Source: Cetorhinus maximus (taxonomy: Eukaryota). From it: a DNA stretch of 64,000 nucleotides. The stretch spans positions 1,550,001-1,614,000 of the forward strand of contig NC_135903.1 in the NCBI RefSeq assembly GCF_964194155.1. The letters are read 5' to 3'. The notes below the pieces were generated by a model. The model saw nothing but the letters and a program-made list of their open reading frames with translations, ran no database searches and was not told the DNA's origin. Positions 1 through 11,147 of the stretch are shown here, piece by piece. The stretch's first letter is position 1. Every line of letters starts with the position of its first letter. The position numbers and the translations under genes are program-made.

Positions 1-540
1 GTGTGCGATGGAAACTGTCATTTACCAATTTAGAAAATTGTGACGTGGGGAGCTTTGCAACAACATTACTGGTAGGCCCTTCATTTTTATGAATTTAATA
101 TAATAGTGTAGAAAATTCAAACTTTGCTATATTTAATCTACAATATGTTGTCAATGTTGATGTTATGCATGAAGAGACCAGAGGGAAGATGAACTGTTTT
201 CATTTGTGTTGTTTTTTGTTACTGGAATGGAAGATGTGAAATGGTAAATTCAATGGCAGCTATCAAAATGGAAAAGGATATATACCTACAAAGAAATAAT
301 TTGCAGAGTTTTGGCGAAAGAGCAGGGGAGTTGGGAGTAATTGGATAGCACTTCCAAAGATCTGAGACAGGTGTGGTGGACCGAATGGCCTCATTTTGAG
401 CTGAGAGATTCTAAATTAATTGGTAACTTATTATTAATTTTCTATATTTTCAAGTGTCATGTCAAAACATATAACAAACAACAGATTGTAGTAATAGTGA
501 AGTACACAGCAGCTCTATTTGTAACTACTCCATTTTTAAA

Positions 541-1449
541 TGGTACAAAGATAGGTAGGACACTTACGTTGTCAAGATGACACAAGAAGGTGACAAAAGG
601 CTATAGATGAGTTAGGTGAGTGGGCAAAGATCTGGCAAATGGAGTACAATGTGGGAAAAGGTGAGGTTGTCCATTTTGGCAGAATGAATAAAAAAGAGGC
701 ATATTATCTAAATGGTGAGAGATTGCAGAGCTCTGAGATGCAGAGGGATCTGGGTGTCCTAGTGCATGAATCACAAAAGGCAGCTATGGAGGTGCAGCAA
801 GAAATTAGCAAAGCTAATACAATGTTGCGAGGGGAATTGTATACAAAAATAGGGAGGTTATGCTCCTGTTATACAGAATATTGTTGAGATCACATCTGAA
901 GTACTGTGTACACTATTGGTCTCCATGTTTAAGGAAAGATAGGCATGCATTTGAAGTGGTTCAGAGAAGGTTTACCAGATTTATACCTGGAATAGGCAGG
1001 TTTTCTTATGAGGACAGGCTAGGCTTGTACCTACTGGAGTTTCAAAGAGGAAGAGGCGACTTCATTGAAACATATAAGATCCTGAGAGGATTTGACAGGG
1101 TGGATGTGCAGAGAACGTTTCCTCTTGTGGGAGAATCTAGAACTAGGGGCCATTGTTTAAAAATAAGGGGGCGTCCATTTTAGGCAGAGGTGAGGAAATT
1201 CTTTATTCTCCCAGAGGATTGTGAGACTTTGGAATTCTCTTCTTCAAAAGATAGTTGAGGCAGACTCTTTGAGTATTTTTAAATCAGAGGTAGATAGATT
1301 CTTGATAATCAAGGGGTGAAAGGTTATCAGGGGTAGGCAGGAATGTGGAGTTGAGGTTACAATCAGATCAGCCATGATCTTATTGAATGGCGGAGCAGGC
1401 TCGAGGGGCCGAGTGGCCTACTCCTGCTCCTAATTCATATGTTCATATG
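541..1449 (+). mobile_element. CR1-type LINE, 5'-truncated 3' fragment (RT C-terminus and 3' UTR)
   Basis: Frameshifted ORF2 peptides MEYNVGKGEVVHFGR, QRDLGVLVHES, RSHLKYCVHYWSP, RGDFIETYKIL, SRTRGH; typical 3' UTR ending in a CATATGTT-type tail. Confidence 0.9.
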
Positions 1450-1775
1450 CAGATATATATTACCATTATCATAAGGGAAATAATGCTCCTCAATTAGACA
1501 CAATCAGAACTTCATTTGGCCTAAACTAAACTGATTTGAATTTCACTCCTTCGCACTCTGCTCAATATCACTTTAACAAGGTACAAATTACTGAAAACAG
1601 CAAAGCTAGAAAGCCAAAGACCGAGTCCTCATTCTCATAATATCTGTTCAAAGTTCATTCAGTTAAACGCATCTTATTCTCAGAATATCTCATGTGTTTA
1701 CACTTGCTCTGCCTTCTGTGAGGCTGTCAATCATTAACAATGCTCCTCCCATCTGTTCCCTCACTGGCTGAGTAC

Positions 1776-1943
1776 ATTCCAGAAGTCTCTGGAACGGCTC
1801 CAGTGGGTGTCACTGAGTCGAGTCATTCTTGTTTAAAGCAAGGCTGGGATGACATGTCATTTATTTGTAGCTCACGTGTCATAAACCCAGCAAAGTTGAG
1901 TTCATTCTGGAAATGTCTGGGTTTCTGGGAGTAGAATATATAA
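1776..1943 (+). promoter_or_regulatory. hsp30 copy 1 promoter: distal HSE, E-box, proximal HSE, TATA
   Basis: aTTCc-aGAAg-tCTCt-gGAAc at 1776-1795 (alternating nGAAn units); CACGTG at 1873; aTTCt-gGAAa at 1904-1913; TATATAA at 1937-1943, ~95 nt before the ATG. Confidence 0.85.
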
Positions 1944-2036
1944 GGCGTGTGTTCTGAGTGCTGCAGCAGATCAGAGACTGAAGACTGGGAGTTCACATCA
2001 GTCGGTTTGAGAGAAGTGAGAGAAGAGGCAGAGACA

Positions 2037-2696
2037 ATGCTGAGCTGTCGGGCTTTCCACCCTTCACGTCTGTGCCAGCAGCCTGTGTACACATTGTGGC
2101 CTGTTCCACACAGGGTCTGGGAGCCGCTTGAATGCAACACATGGAAACAGGTGGAAGAAGCGAGAAAGAGCATGAACTTCATGGAGCGAGTTCTAGAGGA
2201 GCTGGCAAAAGAATTTTGGGAGGAAAAACCAAGAAATCAGGACAAGAGACCTGATGATAATGAAGAAGGTAAAAGACAATCAGAGGACAAGGAGGGAAAT
2301 GGCTTTTCTCTGTCCCTGGATGTCCAGCGATTCTCCCCAGAAGAACTGAATGTGAAAGTACTTGGAAGAAAAGTGCTGGTGACAGGAAAACACGAGAAGA
2401 AAAGTGATGATGGCAGCGGCTCTTCCAGCTACAAATATGAAGAGTTGAGGAGAGAATTTCAGCTGCCAGAAGATGTCGATGCTGAAGCTCTTAACTGCTG
2501 TTTGTCACAGGACGGTCGGTTAAAGGTTCAAGCTCCACGCCTGGCACTGCCAGCTGTGAATGAACGAACCGTGCCCGTCAACATCACCTCGGATACAACA
2601 ACCAGTCCCCGGCTAAATCCTGGCCATGAGGCACCGAAACTGGAGAGTGGGAAGGATGCGAAGAAAAGTGAGGAGGAAGTAAAAATGGACAATTAA
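2037..2696 (+). CDS. hsp30: Small heat-shock protein Hsp30-type (alpha-crystallin domain), copy 1, 219 aa, intronless
   Basis: ACD motifs FSLSLDVQRFSPEELNVKV, REFQLPEDVD, LSQDGRLKVQAP and C-terminal VPVNI; start is the ATG of MLSCR at 2037 (the ORF-track GTG abuts the TATA box); AATAAA at ~2864. Confidence 0.92.
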   Translation: MLSCRAFHPSRLCQQPVYTLWPVPHRVWEPLECNTWKQVEEARKSMNFMERVLEELAKEFWEEKPRNQDKRPDDNEEGKRQSEDKEGNGFSLSLDVQRFSPEELNVKVLGRKVLVTGKHEKKSDDGSGSSSYKYEELRREFQLPEDVDAEALNCCLSQDGRLKVQAPRLALPAVNERTVPVNITSDTTTSPRLNPGHEAPKLESGKDAKKSEEEVKMDN

Positions 2697-3319
2697 AAGT
2701 CATTTACGTTAAATAAGATGTAAGGATTCTATATGTACAGAAATGAGTTTCTGAGACCATGAAATGAAGGCTTAATGCTGAAAATGAATTGTTAATGTGT
2801 AAGTCTGAACTGTGTTGTTATCAGAATTCATGTGGATTTTTTTATATATATGTATCTGGAAAAATAAATACTTTTGAAAATAATAGTGATGATTCAGCTT
2901 TTTTATTTCACAAAAAGAAACTAATACAACACAGCTGAAAAACTATACACTTAGTTCCTATATTCTTAGTGAAGAAAAACACATTTTAATTTGGACTCAC
3001 AAGAATCCCGGGAAAAAATTCTATTTATCAAGATCTGTGTACAACTGGTCTCAGTCCAGCAAACAATATATCAAATTATTGCACAGACCCAGTGCACCAA
3101 ATCTCTGTATTATCCTGCAGCCTGACAATGAGCAGCAACAACAGCTTATCTTCCAACACAGACACCAGACTGGACACCACTCAATTACTGATGGTGGAAT
3201 CCTCTTTCATTGGGGTTATCTATTCAATATGAATAACTGGGAGGAAAAGCAAAGTTAGTTGCATTGTAAGCAACTTTTATAAAGTTTCTGTGAAATAATA
3301 TTACTGATCCTGTACTATT

Positions 3320-3671
3320 GATCATAAGAACATCTGGAACAGGAGCATGCGTAGGCCATTCGGCCCCTCAAGCCTCCTTCACCATTCAATGCATCACAGT
3401 TTACCTAATTCTGGCCGTAATTCCACCTTCCTCTCCGCTCCCCATAACCCTTGACTCCATTGTCAATCCAAAATCCATCTAACAGCCTTGAATATACTCA
3501 AAGACCCAGCTCTCCTGCTCACTGTGGAAGAGAGTTCCAATCGCAAACCTCCCTCTGAGAGAAGAAATTTCTCTGCATCTCCATCTTAAGTGGCAGACCT
3601 CTTATTTTTAAAATGCCCCTAATTCTTGACTTCCCCATGAGGGGGAACATCCTCTCAGCATCTACCCTGTC
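3320..3671 (-). mobile_element. Old CR1 3'-end fragment in the repeated hsp30 spacer (homologous copies at ~24100-24460, ~27170-27560, ~30330-30715, ~34000-34390)
   Basis: Reverse-complement CR1 3' UTR (taggccattcggcccc..., gagaagaaatttctc...) at the same relative position downstream of several copies. Confidence 0.7.
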
Positions 3672-3677
3672 AATAAG

Positions 3678-5829
3678 CAAAGTGTCTTACACAGGCGGAT
3701 GTTTGAGGGCAAATCAACAACTGACATGTGGGGGGCTTTCAAACGTCAATTGATAAGAATTCAGGACCGGCATGTTCCTGCTAGGATGAAGGATGAGTAT
3801 GGAAAGTTTCAGGAACCTTGGATAACGAAGGATATTGTGAGATTAGTCAAAAAGAAAAGGGAAGCATTCGTAAGGGCTAGAAGGCTGGGAACAGAAGAAG
3901 CCCGTGGAGAATATAAAGAAAGTAGGAAGAAGCTTAAGCAAGGAGTCAGGAGGGCTAAAAGGGGTCATGAAAAGTCATTGGCAACCAGGATTAAGGAAAA
4001 TCCCAAGGCCTTTTATACACATGTAAAAAGCAAGAGGGTAGCCAGGGAAAGGGTAGGCCCACTCAGGGACAGAGGCGGGATTCTGTGTGTGGAGCCAGAA
4101 GAAATGGGAGAGATACTAAATGAGTACTTCTCATCAGTATTCACCAAAGAGAAGGACTTAGCGGTCGATTTGTCTAGGGTAGAGTGTGTAGATAGCCTGG
4201 ATCATGTTGAGATCAAAAAAGAGGTGTTAGGCGTCTTGAAGAACATTAAGGTGGATAAGTCCCCAGGGCCAGATGGGATCTACCCCAGAGTACTGAGGGA
4301 GGCAAGGGAGGAGATTGCTGGGGCCTTGACAGAAATCTTTGAATCCTCACTGGCTACAGGTGAGGTCCCAGAGGACTGGAGAATGGCCAATGTTGTTCCG
4401 TTGTTTAAGAAGGGTAGCAGGGATAATCCAGGAAATTACAGGCCGGTGAGCCTTACGTCAGTGGTAGGGAAATTATTGGAGAAGATTCTTTGTAACAGGA
4501 TTTACTACCACTTGGAAGCAAATGGGCGTATTAGTGAGAGGCAGCATGGTTTTGTGAAGGGGAGGTCATGTCTCACTAACTTGATCGAGTTTTTCGAGGA
4601 AGTGACAAAGATGATCGATGATGGAAGGGCAGTGGATGTTATCTACATAGATTTCAGTAAGGCCTTTGACAAGGTCCCTCATGGCAGACTGGTACAGAAG
4701 GTAAAGTCGCACGGGATCAGAGGTGAGCTGGCAAGATGGATACAGAATTAGCTTGGTCATAGAAGACAGAGGGTAGCAGTGGAAGGGTGCTTTTCTGAAT
4801 GGAGAGCTGTGACTAGTGGTGTTCCGCAGGGATCAGTGCTGGGACCTTTGCTGTTTGTAGTATGCATAAATGATTTGGAGGAAAATGTAACTGCGCTAAT
4901 TAGTAAGTTTGCAGATGACACTAAGGTTGGAGGAGTTGCAGATAGTGAAGAGGATTGTCAAATGATACAACGGGATATAGATCGGTTGGAGACTTGGGCG
5001 GAGAAATGGCAGATGGAGTTTAATCCGGACAAATGCGAGGTAATGCATTTTGGAAGGTCTAATACAGACAGGAATTATACAGTAAATGGCAGAACCCTTA
5101 AGTACATCGACGGGCAGAGGGATCTGGGTGTACAGGTCCACAGGTCACTGAAAGTGGCAACGCAGGTGGATAAGGTAGTCAAGAAGGCATATGGCATGCT
5201 TGCCTTCATTGGCAGGGGTATTGAGTATAAAAGCTAGGAAGTCATGCTGCAGTTGTATAGAACCTTGGTTAGGCCACACTTGGAATATTGCATGCAATTC
5301 TGGTCGCCACATTACCAGAAGGATATGGAGGCATTGGAGAGGGTGCAGAAGAGGTTTACCAGGATGCTTCCTGGTCTGGAGGTTATTTGCTATGAGGAGA
5401 GGTTGGAGAAACTCAGATTGTTCTCACTAGAGCGACGGAGATTGAGGGGCGACTTGATAGAAGTTTACAAAATTATGAGTGGCATGGAGAGAGTAGATAG
5501 TCAGAAGCTTTTTCCCAGGGTGGAAGAGTCAATTACTAGGGGACATAGATTTAAGGTGAGAGGAGAAAACTTTAGAGGAGATGTGCGGGGAAAGTTTTTT
5601 ACGCAGAGAGTAGTGAATGTCTGGCATTCGCTGCCAGAGGAGGTGGTGGAAGCAGGTACGATCGTGGTGTTTAAGAGGCAGTTTGACAAATACATGAATA
5701 GGATGGGAATAGAGGGATACGGACCCCGGAAATGCAAAATGTTTTAGTTTGACAGGCAATATGATCGGCGCAGGCTTGGAGGGCCGAAGGGCCTGTTCCT
5801 GTGCTGTACTTTTCTTTGTTCTTTGTTTT
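3678..5829 (+). mobile_element. Young 5'-truncated CR1 LINE (ORF2 RT domain), candidate TSD AATAAG
   Basis: ORFs 3699-4751, 4779-5237 and 5244-5747 share one frame broken by only two stops; KSPGPDGIYPRVL, NYRPVSLTS, DFSKAFDKV, GVPQGSVLGP, KFADD; (TTCTTTG)n tail; AATAAG at 3672-3677 and 5830-5835. Confidence 0.95.
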
Positions 5830-6900
5830 AATAAGGGATCTGTATCTTAATGGATCAGTGTGGTGTGTAATATTTCTTCCAGTGTCAGTCAGCAGTTACA
5901 TTCCTTCAGTAAATTTACTGGATGATACTGATGGACAAACAGCTCATGTGTTCAGGTTGATGCTGGACAGTGGGAAACATCAACAATCATATCACAGTTT
6001 GTGGAATACGTGAGTAACACCACAGCTTATTTTATTAGTTAAAATGCTAAATGGTGTACAAAAGTAAATTCAGGCTTTGAACTTATACTGAACCTGGAAT
6101 CTATTTGATCGTAATGTTGCCAAAACACACCTGAGAATAAAGATTTATGTTGCAGTTTATAGGAAACTCCTGTGTGTGATGGAAACTGTCATTTACCAAT
6201 TTAGGAAGTTATGATGTTGGGAACTTGAGCAGTTTTAATATGTGCTGTTTCTTGTTACTGGTCTGGAATATGTGAAAGGGTAGATTCCATGGCAACTTTC
6301 AATATGGAAAAGGATATATACCTGCAAAGAAATAATTTGCTGAGTTTAGGCGAAAGAGCAGGGGAGTTGGGAGTCATTGGATAGCACTTTCAAAGGGCTG
6401 ACACAGGTGTGGTGGACCGAATGGCCTCATTTTGAGCTGAGAGATTATAGATCTGTCGGTAATTTATTATTAATTTTCTTTATTTGCAAATCTCATATCA
6501 AAACACATAACGGGACAACAGGTTTTAGTAATTTAGAAGCACACATCCGATTTATTTGTAAGTATTCCATTTCTAAATCTATACTATCAACAGTATAAGG
6601 GAACTATGCCTCCCTCTGGGTTATAATCAGAACTTCACTTAATCTCATCCAAACTGATTTGAATTTCATTCCTTCTTATTCTGCTCAATATCACTTTAAC
6701 ATCTTAAAAATCATTCAAAAGAGAAAAACTAGAAAGCTGAAGACCAACTCCTCATCCTCTCATGATATTAGTTTCTATTTCATTAAGCTAAACTCATCTG
6801 GTTTTCCATAAATCTCGCTTTCCTGCACTTGCTATACCTGCTGCTAGGCTGTCACTCACTAACATTGTTCCTCCCATCTATTCCCTCACTGGCTGAGTAC

Positions 6901-7068
6901 ATTCCAGAAGTCTCTGGAACGGCTCCAGTGGGTGTCACTGAGTCGAGTCATTCTTGATTAAAGCAAGGCTGGGATGAGATGTCATTTATTTGCAGCTCAC
7001 GTGTCATAAACCCAGCAAAGTTGAGTTCATTCTGGAAGTGTCTGGGTTTCTGGGAGTAGAATATATAA
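6901..7068 (+). promoter_or_regulatory. hsp30 copy 2 promoter (HSEs and TATA)
   Basis: ATTCCAGAAGTCTCTGGAAC at 6901-6920; TATATAA at 7062-7068. Confidence 0.85.
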
Positions 7069-7161
7069 GGCGTGTGTTCTGAGTGCTGCAGCAGATCAGA
7101 GACTGAAGACTGGGAGTTCACATCAGTCGGTTTGAGAGAAGTGAGAGAAGAGGCAGAGACA

Positions 7162-7824
7162 ATGCTGAGCTGTCGGGCTTTCCACCCTTCACGTCTGTGC
7201 CAGCAGCCTGTGTACACATTGTGGCCTGTTCCACACAGGGTCTGGGAGCCGCTTGAATGCAACAGTTGGAAACAGGTGGAAGAAGCGAGAAAGAGCATGA
7301 ACTTCATGGAACGTGTTCTTGAGGAGCTGGCAAAAGAATTTTGGGAAGAAAAACCAAGAAATCAGGACAAGAGACCTGATGATAATGAAGAAGGTAAAAG
7401 ACAATCAGAGGACAAGGAGGGAGATGGCTTTTCCCTGTCCCTGGATGTCCAGCGATTCTCCCCAGAAGAACTGAATGTGAAAGTACTTGGAAGAAAAGTG
7501 CTGGTGACAGGAAAACATGAGAAGAAAAGTGATGTTGGCAGCCGCTATTCCAGCTACAAATATGAAGAGTTGAGGAGAGAATTTCAGCTGCCAGAAGATG
7601 TCGATGCTGAAGCTCTTAACTGCTGTTTGTCACAGGACGGTCGGTTAAAGGTTCAAGCCCCACGCCTGGCACTGCCAGCTGTGAATGAACGAACGGTGCC
7701 CGTCAACATCACCTCGGATACAACAACCAGTCCCCGGCTAAATCCTGGCCAAGAGGCACCGAAACTGGAGAGTGGAAAGGGTGAGGAGAAGACGAAAGAA
7801 GAGGAAGGGAAAACGAACAATTAA
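7162..7824 (+). CDS. hsp30: Hsp30-type sHSP copy 2, 220 aa
   Basis: Near-identical to copy 1; intact ACD; variants NSW, GDG, DVGSRYSS. Confidence 0.92.
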   Translation: MLSCRAFHPSRLCQQPVYTLWPVPHRVWEPLECNSWKQVEEARKSMNFMERVLEELAKEFWEEKPRNQDKRPDDNEEGKRQSEDKEGDGFSLSLDVQRFSPEELNVKVLGRKVLVTGKHEKKSDVGSRYSSYKYEELRREFQLPEDVDAEALNCCLSQDGRLKVQAPRLALPAVNERTVPVNITSDTTTSPRLNPGQEAPKLESGKGEEKTKEEEGKTNN

Positions 7825-9948
7825 AACATATTTGCAATGATCTTCTGTAAAATGTGAAAATTGTTATATGCAGAAATGAGATTCTGAGACCATGAAATGA
7901 AGGCATAACACTGAAAATTCATCTGTATAGTGTTGTTAACAGCATTCATGTGGATTATTTATATATGTGTTTTAAAGCAATAGATTTTGGAGCAATTTTA
8001 AAACAGTTTTAGAAAAGTAATGATGATGATTTCATTTATTAATTTCAAAAAACTAATATTATAAAAATCACAAACTGGACACATACTTCCCTTCACTTTC
8101 ACTAAATGCACTATTTTAATTTGGATAAACCTAAAACACAGAGAAAGAATTCTATATGTCAAGGTCTGCCTGCAGCTGAACTGAGTCCAGTAAAATAAAT
8201 GTAAAACTATTGCACAGATCTCTGTACAGCAATAGGCAAGGACATCGCTGTACCCAGAGCTATTCCTTGATTCCCTGCAGCCTCACAATGACTGGTAATA
8301 ACACCCTACCTTCCAACACAGACACCAGACTGGACGCCACTCATTTATTGGATGGTGGAAACCTCTTTCACTGGGGTTACTGGCAGGCAAAGCAAAGTTA
8401 CTTTAATCTTAAAACAATTTTTATGAAGTTTCAGTTAAATAACCTTACTAATCCTAAACTCTTGTAGTCTGTATCTTACAGTATCTGTATTATTTCTCAC
8501 AGTGTCAGCAGTTCTCATTTTTCAGTCAATTTACAGTATTACGGTGACTGACAAACAGCTCTGACAAAACATTCTTGACATCCTCACCAACCTGCCTGCT
8601 GCAGATGCATCTGTCCATGATAGGAAGTAGAGAGGGCTTTAAACTAAACAAGGTGGGGTGAGGGATCAAGCTTTGGGTAGAGGTAGCAATTCAAGGGGTA
8701 GATTCAAAGCAGGAGACCATAATAGCAATATGGGAAATGAGGGTCATAGAATAGCAGGAAGGGACAGAGAGATAAAACGTAAGAATACACCAAAAGTGAA
8801 GACTAGATGTTCCAAAGGTAACAAAAAGACAAGACTAAACGTTCTGTATCTGAATGCATGTAGCATTCATAACAAGGTAAATGAATTGATAGCGCACTTT
8901 GAAGTAAATAAATATTACAGAGTCATGGCTGCAGTATGACAAGGATTGGGTCCTTAATATTGAGGGGTATATGACATTCAAGAAGAATAGGAAACTAGGT
9001 AAAGGTGGAGGGGTAGCACTGTTAATCAAGGATGGCATTGGTGCAGTAATTAGAGATGACCTTGTTTCAGGAGATCAGGACGTAGAATCTATTTGGGTGG
9101 AGATGCAGAATAGGAGGGGGAAAAGAATCACTAGTGGGATTGGTCTACAGACCCACTAACAGTAACCACGCTGTAAGACGAAGTACACAAGAACAAATAT
9201 TGGGTGCATGTGATAAGGGGACAGTAATAATCATAGGTGATTTTAATCTACATTTAAAACTGGAAAAAGCAGATTGGCAGTAGTAGCCTGGATGAGGAGT
9301 TCAAGGAGCGCTTTCAAGATAGTTTCTTAGAGCAGCACGTTCTGGAACCAACCAGAGAGCAGGTTATATTAGACATGATATTGTGTAATGTGATAGGGTT
9401 AATTAATGACCGCAGAGTGAAGGCACCCTTAGGTAGCAGCGACCACAATATGATTGAATTTTACATCCAATTTGAAAGGGAGAAGAGTGGGTCTAAGACT
9501 AATATTTTAAACTTAAATGAGGGCAACTAAGTGGGCATGAAAGCTAAGCTAGCTGAAGTGAACTGGGATACCAGGCTAAGGGATAAAGCAGTAGAGAAGC
9601 AGTGGCAGACATTTATGGAGATATTTCAGAATACTCAGAATAAGTATGTTCCTATTCTCAAGAAAAATTCTAAGGAGAGAACCCACCATCCATGGTTAAC
9701 TAAAGAAGTTAAGGAAAGCATCAAACTTAGATTAAAAAATCATATAACCGTGCAAAGATGAGTGGCAGGTCAGACGATTGGTCTGAATATAACTAAAAGG
9801 TTAATCAGGAGAAAGAAATTAGAGTATGAGAGGAAGTTAGCTAGAAATGTAAAATTGGATAGCAAGAGTTTCTATAGGTATTTAAAAAGGAAAAGAGTAA
9901 GTAAATTGAGGTTTGGTCCTCTACAGAGTGATAATGTGGAGTTAATAA

Positions 9949-10857
9949 TGTTAGAATCATATCTCTCAAGACGGAAGTTTTTCTTTTATAAAATGGAAGG
10001 ATTTGGCATGATCTGGACATGAAGATATTAACCTGGGATTTTTGTTAGTACACCTTGGGACTGTATTCAAGCAGGCCTCTTCCAAGAAGTCACCTGACCT
10101 GTATGCTCCTTGAGAAGGAGTTGTTTGTTTGTGTTGAACTGCAAAGAACTTTAATTAATGAAAAGCTGGGAGACAAAAAGGTAATTACATGGCAGTGGTA
10201 AAAAATTTAAGTTGTAAACCTGTTTGTTTTGAAGGCTGTTTTGTTTGACAATAAGCTGAGGAAAGAAGGCTACCTTGACTGGCTCCCTCTCTCTCTCTAC
10301 CTTGCCTAAGATTGTGCGTGGCTATCAACCTGTAGCCAGAGAACCCTCATCTGAGTGTAACCAGCCTGCATTTGGACCTGCGAAGCTGACACCAGTGGTG
10401 AGAATGTCCAGGCATCCACTGGGACCAGTGCCCCATCTTCACACGAGATAACTCCAAGTCAACAGCGTCGAGAGCCTACGGACTTTATCCTTTATTTTAC
10501 AATGCCCATCCTCCAAAGTCCATCTCTGCAAAGAGACTCTATCTGTTTGTCCTTTGGTTGTGTGTGTGTGTGTGCTGGGGGAATTCTTTAGGAAGAGATA
10601 GGTAGTTAGACTTCCCGATTACAGTTGTGTGCTAACCGGTACTTGCAACTTGTTAAGAGAAGTTTTGTTTTATAATAAGTTAATCATTCTGAGTTTTTGA
10701 AAGAAGCCTGGTCAGAGTCTCTTTTCTTCCGGGTACTAGAGGTATAGGTACACAATTGGTCATTTTGGTGAGAAAATTAAACATTTAAATTAATGGAGCA
10801 GCTTGCAGAGTACTGGGGCTTAATAATTCATGCACTTTTCCCATCCTGGTTGTAACA
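9949..10857. mobile_element. Probable solo LTR (~909 bp) nested in the inner CR1
   Basis: TGTTA...TAACA inverted termini; flanks ATAA/ATAG (imperfect 4-bp TSD); CR1 coding sequence resumes on both sides. Confidence 0.7.
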
Positions 10858-11069
10858 ATAGTAGATGATAAGGAAATGGCGGATGAAATGAACAAATATT
10901 TTGCTTCTGTCTTCACTATAGAGGATACAAAAGGCATTCCAGTAATAGCTGTAAATCAAGTGGTGGAAAGGAGAGGGGAACTTGGTGAAATTACAATCAC
11001 TAGGGAAACTCTTTCGAGTTATCAACAGTCACAGATTGCAACTCTTTCGAGTACAATCACAGTTCTTGG

Positions 11070-11147
11070 TTTCCGGGAGTGGGACATGAACGCACAACCC
11101 TCTGATTCAAAGGCGAGGGTGCTATGAACTGAGCCACAGCTGACACC
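11070..11147 (-). mobile_element. tRNA-derived SINE head fragment
   Basis: Reverse complement GGTGTCAGCTGTGGCTCAGT...GTTCATGTCCCAC resembles pol III A/B boxes. Confidence 0.55.

Noticed and set aside
1947-2036. 30-aa N-terminal extension (MCSECC...) on the hsp30 ORFs
   Set aside because: It starts at GTG (ATG only in copy 3) just 4 nt after the TATA box, upstream of the expected TSS; this is 5' UTR
1823-2182. 119-aa antisense ORF (MKFMLFLASS...) recurring opposite most hsp30 copies, and the 71-aa MSFTFF ORF
   Set aside because: Recurrence follows from near-identity of the copies; it runs through the promoter, is truncated in copies 4 and 8, and has no recognisable domain
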